Shown piece after piece: positions 26,170 through 38,050 of a DNA stretch of 64,000 nt. The stretch is from contig NC_043004.1 in the NCBI RefSeq assembly GCF_006345805.1, forward strand, positions 12,834,001 to 12,898,000, read 5' to 3'. The position numbers were made by a program, and so were the translations under genes. This DNA is from Octopus sinensis (lineage: Eukaryota). A model generated the notes under the pieces. The model saw only the letters and a list, made by a program, of their open reading frames with translations, was not told the DNA's origin and made no database searches. Numbering within the stretch: position 1 is the first letter of the stretch; each line of letters starts with the position of its first letter.

Positions 26170-26600
26170 GTGGGGTGATTAATAGCGAGAAGAAGCAACA
26201 AGAATGGATAGGTTTTTAGTACAATCGTTTCATACAAGGACAGCTTTATTAAAAGTTGCAAAAATTACAGCATATAAACGTGTCCCGTACTCATCAGCTA
26301 AAATACATGTGAGTTCTCTAGACATCCTAGTGGTTGAGGCTATACTCATGAAGTAATGTAGATATAATTAAGTAACATAAACAGATTTCCAAAGTTCATT
26401 AAAGTTCTTTAAAGATGATGTACATCTTATCACAGAATTTTAAAAAAGTTTTAATAGCATCACAGAGAAGGTGACCTAATCCATATGCACATATGAATTT
26501 CCAGAGATATGAGGAGGGATTACATACTCACAGACGACAAATTTATCCATTGTTAATCACAACGAGTGGGGTCTCAATTCCTGCTTATTAGCATTACAGA
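26170..26600 (-). mobile_element. Probable decayed Penelope-like terminal-repeat fragment
   Basis: Reverse complement contains a collapsed ctgatgagtac...acgtt hammerhead-like remnant; otherwise recollection only. Confidence 0.35.
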
Positions 26601-27732
26601 GAGGGTGAATTAATCCTTTGTATAGATGCACAATAGATGGAAATCTTGGGGGGGGGGAGCAAACACACACCCTTACATACACACACACAAATATATATGT
26701 ATATATATATATATATATATAAGTATATAGATAGGTACATAGGTAATACGGATAGACAAGCAGACACAAACATGCACACATACACACATGCATACACAAA
26801 AGATTAATGAAGCACACAACCATATACACACACGCAAACTTCACATACACTCACTCACACACACACACACACACATAAAAGGACACATATGGACTCACTC
26901 ATCCGTACATAGCAGACGCACACGATAGTCACACAAACTCATACACATAGGCACACTCAAACACGCACAGAGGAGACAGAGATACACACACAAATAGAAA
27001 CATAAACATGAACACACAAACACATGTAAACATATGAATATGCAGAATACATACATACAAACGTACACACACGCATATATGCATATATGCACACACACAC
27101 GAACGCACACACACACACACATATATACGCATACACACATGCATACATACATGCAAACACCTCCAAACACACATACCCATACATACATATATGTATACAC
27201 ATGCACACTGTCGTACACGCATACGCACAGTCAAACAAACAAGAAGATCGCAGTTCCGATGACGGTTTTAATTATTTAAATTCTTCTTCAGAAAAAGGAG
27301 CTCGTTTCTGACAAAGATGCAAAGCTCCATCTTTGGAATGTAGATAACAGAAACAATTTCACATTTTAAACCTGAGAAAAGACTTGAATTGTTTTACTGT
27401 TCATCTTACGAATTGTATATGTAACATGCGAATTTTCTGAAAATCCAAGCTTATCCAAGCTGACAGCTATGCATTTACTTTCAGAACCAGGTGCTCCAGT
27501 TAATATTCCTTTTTCAGAAGAAGAATTTGTAATATGTGTGTGCGTATGTACGTTCTCGACAGACTTCCACTGTGTTTTCCTCAAACAAATTCACTCATAA
27601 AGCATTGGTCAGGCAGGGTTATAGTTGACGGTGCCCTTCCAAGTCACGCGTGGTGGGATTGAACCCAAACATGAAACCAAGTGTTTACAAATTAAGCATC
27701 TTTACTAATTTAATTCGGAAATATGCCATAGG

Positions 27733-28238
27733 TGCAGGCGTGGTTGTGTGATAAGAAGCTTGCTTACCAACCACATGGTTCGGGTTCACTCCCACTGTGT
27801 GGCACCTAGGGCAAGCATTTGCTACCTTAGCCACGGGCCGACCAAAGCCTTGTGAGTGGATTTGGTAGACGGAAACTGAAAGAAGCCCGTTGTATGTATA
27901 TATATATACAAAATTAAGAGAAATGACCACTAAAGTGGACACCCTATATGCTAAACATAGACGTCAAAAAACCATTACCATGAAGAATGTGTTCTGAAGA
28001 AAAAAAATCTCAGCAAAAACGCCAAAATGTGAAAATGAGCAAGACAAATGACAAGAAACGAAATATAAACGATTACCTACGTACCAATCGGTTTCACTTG
28101 TTAATATCTACGTATATAAAACACGCAGACATCTGCAAGATCGTCAGCGTAGTCTGTCGCTTTTTCTTGACAGACTACGCTGAGGATCTTCCAGATCTTG
28201 GTTTTAATTGATTAACATCAATTTCTGTCCTTGTTATG

Positions 28239-28283
<45 letters not shown>

Positions 28284-28490
28284 TGTATGTATGTATATGT
28301 TTGTGCGTCTGACAACCGATGTTAGCGTGTTTACGTCCCTGTAACTTAGCGGTTCGGCAAAAAGAGACCAATAGAATAAGCACCAGGCTTACAAAGAATA
28401 AGTCCCGTTGTCTATTTTTTCGACTGAAGGCGATGCTCCAGCATTGCCGTAGTCAAATGTCTGAAAAAAGTAAAAGAATAAAAGAATTTG
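27733..28490 (+). mobile_element. SINE family C split: 5' half 27733-27895, 3' half 28300-28490, ~400 bp inserted in the internal microsatellite
   Basis: Both halves are colinear with 13247-13672. Confidence 0.75.
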
Positions 28491-29109
28491 GTGCTCATGA
28501 ACACACACACACAACATGCTGAAGGTTGCTCTTCTCATCAAGCAACATGGTCACCTTGGTATATAAAAGCATGTGAAAAGAGCCTATGAGAGAATTACAT
28601 CCAAAGTGTAGCGTAATACCAATAAATAAATACTTAAGTAAATAAATAAACAAATAAATAAAATAAAAAGCCCCAACAACTGCAACGATAATTAATTCCG
28701 TGCTTCCCAATAAACAATGTTAACAGTTAATAATTTGTTTGGGAGATCTTTTTGCAGTTTACTCTTTCTACGCTTGAGTACCAAAGAGTTTCAAGTTTCA
28801 AACCAGCTACATCAAAAGCAACGTGGAAAAATTTAATAAGAAAATACAAACCCCCAGCGAAAATATCTGAATCACACAAATTCCTAATTGTATAACATCC
28901 GTTTCCCTCGATAAGGCTATTACGATGCTACATTCCAGGAAGATAACTATTATACAATGTTTGAAAGATTGTAATTTTGTTTTAGCTTTATCTAATTGCC
29001 TGACAGAAGAAGCTTAGATTCAAATGTATTCTATCCATGTCAATGCTTCGTGCCTCCGCCTTATTATATCTAGAACTACGTTTTCTAATATTGGTCTGTC
29101 TTATACTTG

Positions 29110-29485
29110 TTTCAGATAGTGGACTGCTGTTATGCTGGGGCACCGGCTTTAAGAGTTTGGTTCAATATATTGATCCCTGTACATATTTTCAATGTCTGAT
29201 ACTTATTCCATCGCTTTTTATTTTTGATAACTCTCAGGGTTACGGGTACGTAAACAACCCAGCGCCGGTTGACAAGCAATGTAGAGAGACGAACACAAAT
29301 AGAAAGATACACACGTACACACACACACACACACACACATATACAAAGACGGATTTTTATTAGTATTCTTCTATCAAATTCACCCACAAAGCATTTGTCG
29401 GCCCGGGCGCCATAGTGGAAGGCACTTGGCCAAGGTGCTGCGCAGTGGGAAACCAAACCAATATGATTGAAAGCAAAATTCTTGC
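29110..29485 (-). mobile_element. SINE family C, diverged
   Basis: Core and internal (CA)n match family C. Confidence 0.75.
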
Positions 29486-29629
29486 TACACAGTCATATCT
29501 CTCTTCTCAACAAACCCCGCAACGTGATTGCAGTTACGTCATTAACTTGAAATTTCGGAGTAATAACATTTGCCATTCAGTAGAGAGACTGGCAGAAAGG
29601 GAATAAGCTAAAACTAATCGCCTTACGTT

Positions 29630-30080
29630 TTATCACGATTCTTTCTATTTTTTTGTTTTAGTTCTTCCGGCGACACAGGGCCTGAAATTTTGGAGGAGGG
29701 GACTAGTAGATTACATCGACTCCAGTGATCAGCTGGTACTTATCTTATCATGTCCGAAAGGATAAAAAGCAACGTCCACCTCGGCGGAGTTTGAAATCAG
29801 AACCTTAAGACGGGTGGAACGCCGCTAACAATTTGCCCGGTGTGCTAACGACTGTACCGTCGCGTCACCTTCGTTATCCATAAAATTGGCTTCAAATATT
29901 GACACAAGCCCAGCAGTTTCGGTGGGAGGGAATAAGGGGATTACTTCCATCCCTAGCGTTCAAGTGGTACTTATTTTATCGAAAAGTTTGCATCGACGCC
30001 ATTCGAACTCAGAACGTCAAGACGAAACGCCGGCACCAATTCTCTGGACGTGCTAACGATCCTACCAGCTTCCCACCTTC
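29630..30080 (-). mobile_element. Two diverged family A SINEs
   Basis: Cores and heads recognisable. Confidence 0.7.
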
Positions 30081-31139
30081 GCCATCAATAAAATTAAAAC
30101 CATCTAAGTACCGAGATCAATATTGTCGACTTGGAGATTTCTCTGCAAATTTTGTCACTTTTTCTGCGTTAAATAGTAATGTCTTATTTATTTACCTTTA
30201 AAATATATTCTCTGCAAAGATATTTATAAGTTAGAGTGGAGATTTACGAGTAGAAGACTATTCTGTATCTGTTTTTAGATCGGGTTACTCAAAAAACACG
30301 AGGCCTCATGTCATGTATTTATCTTTTCAGCTACAAAAATATAACATGTAACCTCATACACTTCTTAAAAACATTGGTATCTGATCGCTGATCTTTTTCT
30401 TTTCCTCCCCTCATAGGAATTTCCAATTATTTTTTCAAAGCTCACGACATTAACTATGCTGTTATTGTTGTTGCTGTTTTTTTTTTGGCCAAGCCTATGG
30501 TCTCCCTGTGTAATTTCCTCTGCGATTTGTTGTTTGGAATGGGTTAATCGCTCATGCACAATTGTGAATATAATGTACATAGCAAAATGTTGAGATACAT
30601 GCTTTGTCAATGAGGACATGCTGACCTAAAACAATATATTTACATTAATTATAATAGACAGATGGATATTTTTATTTACTACCGATTTTATTGCATACAA
30701 CAAATATTTATTAAGCCAGGCGGCAATGTAGTATCAGTGTATATTCTATTTACTATTTCCCAATTTGGAAGTGATAAATCTTAGTAATGTGAGTAAACGC
30801 TATGGATATGGCGAAACGAAATTGGAATGCAACTAGAATTCTCGGTAACCACTACTAGGTTGATTTTCGTTCTCCTCCGATACATGTATATATATATATA
30901 AATAATAATTGCTGCGTGGAAGGTGTTTATAAGCCATTTTAGAAACACACAAAAACCGTTAGATTCACTTCAACATTTAAATTTAATTTGCCAATTTTAT
31001 CAGTGAACAGGTCGCAGTCTGAAAGCGACGAAAATATTTTGGAAAATCGCTGAGATCAATTTTGCCTTTCATCCTTTTGGGGTGGATAAATTAAGTACCA
31101 GTTGCGTCGATCTATTTATGACATCGTTCGTGTGTTTGT

Positions 31140-31500
31140 ACTAGTTGTAGCTTTAGGATTAGTGTTTTTTGGGCTAGGATTAGGGTTAAGGTTTGGGGGT
31201 TAGGGTTAAGGTTAAGGTTTTAGGGTTAGGGTTGTCATAAATAAGAGTGACAAACAAAATATACACCGACGGAAGTTCTTGTTGACAAACAAGAGCAGTT
31301 ATTTTATTCAGCTGAAAACATGTCTTTGACTGGTTGAAATTACCGAAATACTACAACTTTAACGTGAAATAACTTCCTAAATATAAGCTTTTCTCAAAAA
31401 CGCTCAGAGTAAAAGATGTTTTATATGACACATTCTACCAGTGTCCGAATTTTTAAAGTGTTTAGTTACAAAAAAAATATTTTTTTAATCTGTCGGTCAA
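31140..31500. repeat. Interspersed element carrying degenerate TTAGGG-like repeats (31165-31233)
   Basis: ggattagggttaaggtttgggggttagggttaaggttaaggttttagggttagggtt. Confidence 0.55.
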
Positions 31501-33611
31501 AAAGTAAAGATCCGAAATCTGAACATGAATGGAAACGTTTTGTTTTGCTTTTTAACAAAAAAAAAAGAAAAGGTTAAGAAAAAGTGTTCCTTGTTATATT
31601 TATTGGGGATCAAATCATAGGCACACTCCAGAAACTGAGGGGTACCACTCACTAAAATTATGATTGTCGACTTCATCGTCATCATGATCACTTCCCTCGT
31701 CTCCATCCCTTTCTCTTCCACTCCTCTTCCACTCCTCTCACCCTCCTCATCGTCGTCATCATCGTCATTGTCAGCAAAATATGAAGAACACCACTATCAT
31801 CTTCATCATCGGCATCATACTACTACTACTACTGCTACTACTATCATTAAGCTTCACTCTTTCATATTCTCAATACAGTGTAAGGCAAGCTGGTAGGCTT
31901 AATGCCTAATGACATTTCTTTCCGTTCCGAGTTCAAATTCCGCCGAGGTCGACTTTTTCTTTCGGGCTCAGTCGAATGAATACCAGTCGAGCAATGGGGT
32001 TGACGTAATTGACTACCCCCCACCCACCCCCACAAAATTTCATGTCTTACGCCTATAGTAGAAATTATGTCTCTTACTGTTTCTCTTTTACCTTTCTTCT
32101 TCTACCTCCTCTTCTTCCTCCTCATATCCCACGTATTACTTTTCCGCTTCTTCTTTTTTTCTGCACACTTCTCTTTATTATCTTCGTCTTCTTTCACCGC
32201 ATCTTTTATCCACTTCATCCTTTTTCTCTTCCACTTCTTATTTTTTTTATTTTGCTTCTTCTCTTTGATCTTCTTGTTCCGGTTATTGTTCACCTAGCTG
32301 CTCTTCTTCTTCTTCTTTTCTTCTTCTTCTTCTTCTTCTTCTTCTTCTTCTTCTTCTACTCCTTCTTCACACTCACTCCCCCCACATCATCTTCTACTTC
32401 CGATCTTCATTTACGAAATGAGATCATGATATTCCTTAAGAACGGAATTCAGATTTCTTAAAATCTCCACCAGCGAAAGACAGCAGGTAAAACAAATATT
32501 GCGTTCACAACTTATATAGCAAAGCTGTAAGCAAGATCTATATAAAGTGTATGAAAATCTGGGGGGGGGGGGAGGAAATTGACTTAAATCACAAAGTGTA
32601 ACATACTAAAAACCTTTCACCCAGTCACCCAACAACGATGAGAGGTAACAAATTAATAAGGCAGTGTTCTGTTGCGTTAAAGCATAATTGATTACATTTC
32701 AAAGTCATGTATTTTTACGAAATGGTGGCAAAGCCGCGAGTTACTGGCGTTTCCTATTACACACACAAGATCATGTAATCGTATTAAAAGTTGCAAAAAC
32801 AATCATCGAGAGGGGTATAAAAGTTGAAATCAGATTTCTTTCAGCATTTTGACCTATCTGCGACACATTTTTTTTTCCTTTTCTTTTTTTTAATTTTATT
32901 CACCGTTTTATTTTATTTTCCCGTTGCGAAGGTATGACGAAGAAAAAAATAAATAAATAAAAACATTAAGTAAAAATAATAAAGGCAAAATAAAGAAATA
33001 AATGAATATAATTTGAACGAAAAAGAAGAAAGGCTTAATGCAAAAACAAAAAAAAGAAAAAATGGTGGAAGAAAGAATGAAGTAAAAAATGCAAGTCGAA
33101 GGATGACGACAGAAAGAAAGAAAGAAATTAGAAATTGTGTGAAGGTAAGAAAGAATGAGGTAAGAATGATATATACGAAAAGTAATTGAAGAAATAAGTA
33201 AATAAAAATAGGTACTCATCTAATATTCGTTGTTCGTGATTCGAAAAATCACTTTTTACATTTGCGAATAACTATGTGACAAAATCTTAACTCAATGAGA
33301 AAAAGTCACCTGTTTAATACATGATAGTACTTTTTAGAATACATTTTCAGCTCTTTTTTTTTATTCTGTCGTATGATACTTTTTATGTATTCAATATTCT
33401 TACAGCAATTTCATCTTATATATATATTTTGTTCTTAGCATTTTGTCATATTTTAGCATCTTTATTTGATATTTCACCTCAGTCTTTCACTAATCACATC
33501 GCCTTCAAACACTAATACATGAAATGGTTAGCATTTTGGCAGTTAGCGACTTGTGAGTTCAAGTGATATATATTATATATATATATATTATATATATATA
33601 TATATTATATA

Positions 33612-33658
<47 letters not shown>

Positions 33659-33732
33659 TTTTTGTTTTGTAAAAAGAAAAAAAAGCATATAGTTAAGTCC
33701 TTAAGAGAGACACATTATAGAAGGTCAATCAC

Positions 33733-33863
<131 letters not shown>

Positions 33864-34211
33864 GTCTGTCTGTCTGTCTGTCTGTCTACCTGCATGTGAC
33901 AGTGAGTCGCTAAAACAGTATATGGTAATTAGCGAGTGGAATCAGCTTTCATCACAATCTAGTGATTAACACACGCTGAGGACGGATAACCACCCAGAAA
34001 CTCGAGTCCGTATGTATCACGTAAGGCAAGAGATGGGAGCGATGACCTCCCCTCGCAATTACTAATCATTACAAATGTGTGTCATTAGCCAGCTGGAGAA
34101 GATGTCTTCCTGGGGCTATAAACCACAATAGCAGTGTCTTGTATTGGATGCCACACTTAGATGGAAATATATTTTACGATATATATATATATATATATAC
34201 ATATGTAAATT

Positions 34212-34808
34212 TATAAATCAGGGTATCTGAGAGATACCACCATGCCGAAATAGTAGTCAAAACCCCGACTCTAGAAAACACCTTAAGTGTTCATATCGCG
34301 CCATGAGATAAGACAGAGAGATAAAATAAACTAGCAAAAATATATTTTACTGGATAATTCAAGATCCTGGATTTCTGACTTTGCTTCAAATAAGCTCTGC
34401 CTTCGTCAGTTGAATATACCAGATGGGTACATAAATACAAATATATAAATACAGAACATACGTTATATTTACATATACGAACGTCCATACATACATATAT
34501 ATGCACGTATGTAGAACACCAGTCAAAATTGCCCGCCAACCAACTTACAAGCGCGATGTGGTCAAAAATAAACACTGCAGTGAATACAGTGACGAATTAT
34601 ATTGTATATTCACTGACAAAGGCAGAGCTTATTCGAAGCAAACCAGGAATCCAGGATCTTGAATTATCCAGTAAAATATTTTTTACTAGTTTATTTTGTC
34701 TCTGTGTCTTATCTCATGGCGCGATATGAACATTTAAGGTGGTTTCTAGAGTCGGGGTTTCGACTGCTATTTCGGGATGGTTGTATCTCTCAGATACCCT
34801 TATTTATA
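34212..34808. mobile_element. Long-TIR MITE/foldback element (~205-bp arms, ~185-bp spacer)
   Basis: 34212-34419 is the reverse complement of 34604-34808 (e.g. gataattcaagatcctgga / tccaggatcttgaattatc). Confidence 0.85.
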
Positions 34809-35648
34809 GTTTTAAATAATTATTACCTTTGTATGGTATTTATTTCCATGCTGGCCACTTGATAAGATCGATATTTAAATATCGATATTATCCTTATTTA
34901 TAAATATATATATATATATATAGTAGTTTCTTTGTTTATTGTATTGGCATTATTTGGAAGTGATCAAATAAACAACCCGAGACACAAAGGTTTAAGAAAA
35001 TGTTATGGAGAATTTCAAAGTTTCAACAATTTATTTATACGTATATTCTGCCATAGATCAATGCGTATCAGTCTGTAAAAAATATTAATGTATCAGTCGT
35101 TAAAATATTAAAACATATAAAAAAAATTCATGAATATGCAAATATATAAAAAATCTAATCTACATATATAAATAGATGTGTGTAAGTAGGTTAGAACAGC
35201 GTTGTAAAAATTATTAAGAATAAAAGAATGCCCTACAAAAAGATGAATAAGGTAACGTCTTTCGAAGAGCGATTTAAAAAAACTATTTATTCACCATAGT
35301 ATTTATTTCATCTCCTAATATATACCCACTCCGAATCCTCGCAACAGATTAGTGTCCTTTGAAAGCACCCAAGGAACATAAAATGATGTAAAGTTGGGCG
35401 TTGGAAAAATATGGTGGAATTTGGCTTCAAAAACGTGAGCAATTGGAACAAATAAAGCAAACAGCGAGCAAAAGAAATTTAAAATCCGTAACATATACCG
35501 ACTCTCTAATAACTCTGTCACTCCATTGCCTTCAGAATCGTATTTTTTTACTCGATCTAGGAGGACAGAAAGGCAAATTTGACACGGCGGATTCTGAAAC
35601 ATGTGCCTAAAGAAACGAAATCAATACCACCAGGTGTCGTATCTGACG

Positions 35649-36167
35649 GCGAAATTTTTTCCCACGCGAGTTCCGAACCCCAGTATTGAACTCATTTAGA
35701 TACAGCCAATCAGAGCTGACCTTGACCTTGCTCTCAAGTTAACAAACACACTCTATCATGTAAACTCAAAACGAAGAAGTCGACCGAATGCCTGATTTTA
35801 AGAAAAAAGTTATTAGATTGATTTGCATGTTCAACTATTATCGGATTTTCTTAGGGCCCCATATGGTAAAGATGTGGATGGGAAAAATGTGGGTAGAGGA
35901 TGATGTACTAGCAACCCACACACCTTATTGTTTTACAAAGTAAACAACACAAATAACTTCGCAGAGGCAGCCAGGCTTGAAACAAGAACAAGAATAACAA
36001 ACATCCTTAAAACAGAAATGAAGCACGGTCATTCCTTAACTAAGTGACCTTATCCTATTGCCCATCACTTATGCGTTCATAAATTTGTGTGATAGTTGAG
36101 CTCTGATTGGCTGTATGCAAATGAGTTCATAACTGGGATCCGGAACTCGCGTGGGAAAAAAATTCGC
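35649..36167. mobile_element. MITE-like element with ~70-bp TIRs
   Basis: gcgaaatttttcccacgcgagttccg...cagccaatcagagct is inverted at 36095-36167. Confidence 0.8.
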
Positions 36168-36710
36168 TATCCGACGTTCAATCAGAAATGAGAATAAAAA
36201 ATGTAGATAAAATTAAAAGCAATAACGATCCGCTTTTTGGTACATAAGCAAAATTAGAAAGCTACACGACTACTCGTATACATACACACATACAAAATTA
36301 CGCACACACATACATAATGATGCACGCACACGCATACAAAATCATGCGCACATACATTCACAAATTCACAATCACACACACACACATACGCGCACACACA
36401 TTCACAAATTCACAATCACACACACACACATACGCGCACACAATTACACACATGTCGTTTTGTTCAATGCTGAACATTACTTATTTGTGAGGCTTTTATT
36501 CAATAAGAAACAAATGCTAATTGAATTTCATTGATGGATGTCAGTTGGAAAGTGAAATGTAATGGTTTGTCATTTCTAACAAATGCCTCTATGCAGTGAT
36601 TGCTGGTAGCAATGTAGATAATTCCTCCTTCAAAGAAAGAAGTCAAAATATATCTCACCGAATCAAATAAAGGTTTTTTAATAATAATAATAATAATAAT
36701 AATAACAATA

Positions 36711-36779
<69 letters not shown>

Positions 36780-37165
36780 CCCTTTCTACAATAGGCACGA
36801 GGCCTGGAATTTGTGAGGAGGGGGACAATCGATCACATCGACCCCAGTATTAAACTAGAACTTAATTTATCGACCCCGAAAAGATGAAATGCAAAGTCGA
36901 CATCGGCGGAATTTGAACGCTGAGCGTAGCGGCAAACGAAATACCTGTTTCTTTACTACACACAAGGGGCTAAACATAGAGATGACAAACAAGGACAGGC
37001 AAACGGATTAAGTCAATTATATCGACCCTAATGCGTAACTGGTACTTATTTCATCGACTCCGAAAGGATGAAAGGCAAAGTCGACCTTGGCGAAATTTGA
37101 ACTCAGAACGTAGCGGCAAACGAAATACCTCTAAGCGTTTCACCCGACCTGCTAACGATTCTGAA
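36780..37165 (-). mobile_element. Family A SINE multimer flanked by (AAT)n on both sides
   Basis: Repeated cores with the same junctions as at 22.2-22.8 kb. Confidence 0.85.
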
Positions 37166-37166
37166 T

Positions 37167-37220
<54 letters not shown>

Positions 37221-37223
<3 letters not shown>

Positions 37224-37448
37224 GAATTTGACGAGATCAGTAAATATAAACACTTGCTAATAGAAATTGAAAAAATGTGGCATCTCAAGGCGACTACAGT
37301 ACTAGGGATTGTAGGTGTTCTAGGAATGTTAAAAAAATGTACTGAAACCTATTTGAAAATGATACCAGGCTTACCATCCCTACAGGAAGTGCAAAAAATC
37401 GTGTTAACTGGAATGACTCATGTACTGCGAAGAGCATTATCGCTGTGA
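37221..37448 (+). mobile_element. C-terminal RLE fragment of a second R4/Dong-type family, starting directly after (AAT)n
   Basis: ISKYKHLLIEIEKMWHLKATT...IVGVLG...LQEVQKIVLTGMTHVLRRALSL*, homologous to the C-terminus at 4272-4540. Confidence 0.8.
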
Positions 37449-37769
37449 AAACAACATCCATTCATGAATTTACTTATTTATTAATTTTTAAATGCATATT
37501 TTACCTTTAGCAGTGATCGAATGGGCAAATGCTGTTAAAGGAGAAATAGTAACGTTTCAAACTTGACCATGCACCTCTGTGGAGTGTAATGCACGCCCAG
37601 ACAGGCCATCCGCAACCCAAAACGGAGAGCCGATTTAGAAGGATCGGTGTATAGTTATGGAATAAGCACAGGATCAGTGGGAATAAGCACAGGATCAGTG
37701 CATTCTATTTTAGCGGAGGATTTGTGCATGCGGAGAGTGTCAGCATAAAATGAAATCGGATATTTTTGA

Positions 37770-38050
37770 ACGTACGTCATAATCCAAGTTTTCCTGCTCA
37801 AAAGAGCACACCACTTTTTCGACAGGTTCCTTACTCTCCCGACTTGGCACCGTGAAAGGGAAGTAAACGATTTGAGTCACGAGAGGAAATGAAGAGAAAA
37901 ATGATGGTAGAGCTCTATAGAATTCTATGAAAAGGCGGGCGCTACAGGGGTAGTACTAGCAGTGACAGAAGCGCTGGGAGAAGTATATTGAGGGTGATTA
38001 AATAAAATTTATGAAATGTACTTTCTTTTTTATGCCCAACGGTCTCATGC
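37770..38050 (+). mobile_element. Old mariner transposase 3' relic
   Basis: RQVPYSPDLAP, then KRFESREEMKRKMMVELYRI and KRWEKYIEGD*. Confidence 0.7.

Noticed and set aside
26275-26300. Minus-strand CTGATGAGTAC hammerhead core
   Set aside because: The 3' half of stem II and GAAA are missing.
32009-32461. 150-aa hydrophobic ORF
   Set aside because: Arises from a CT/CTT-rich low-complexity tract.
37659-37702. 21-bp tandem duplication
   Set aside because: Simple local duplication next to or within a transposon relic.
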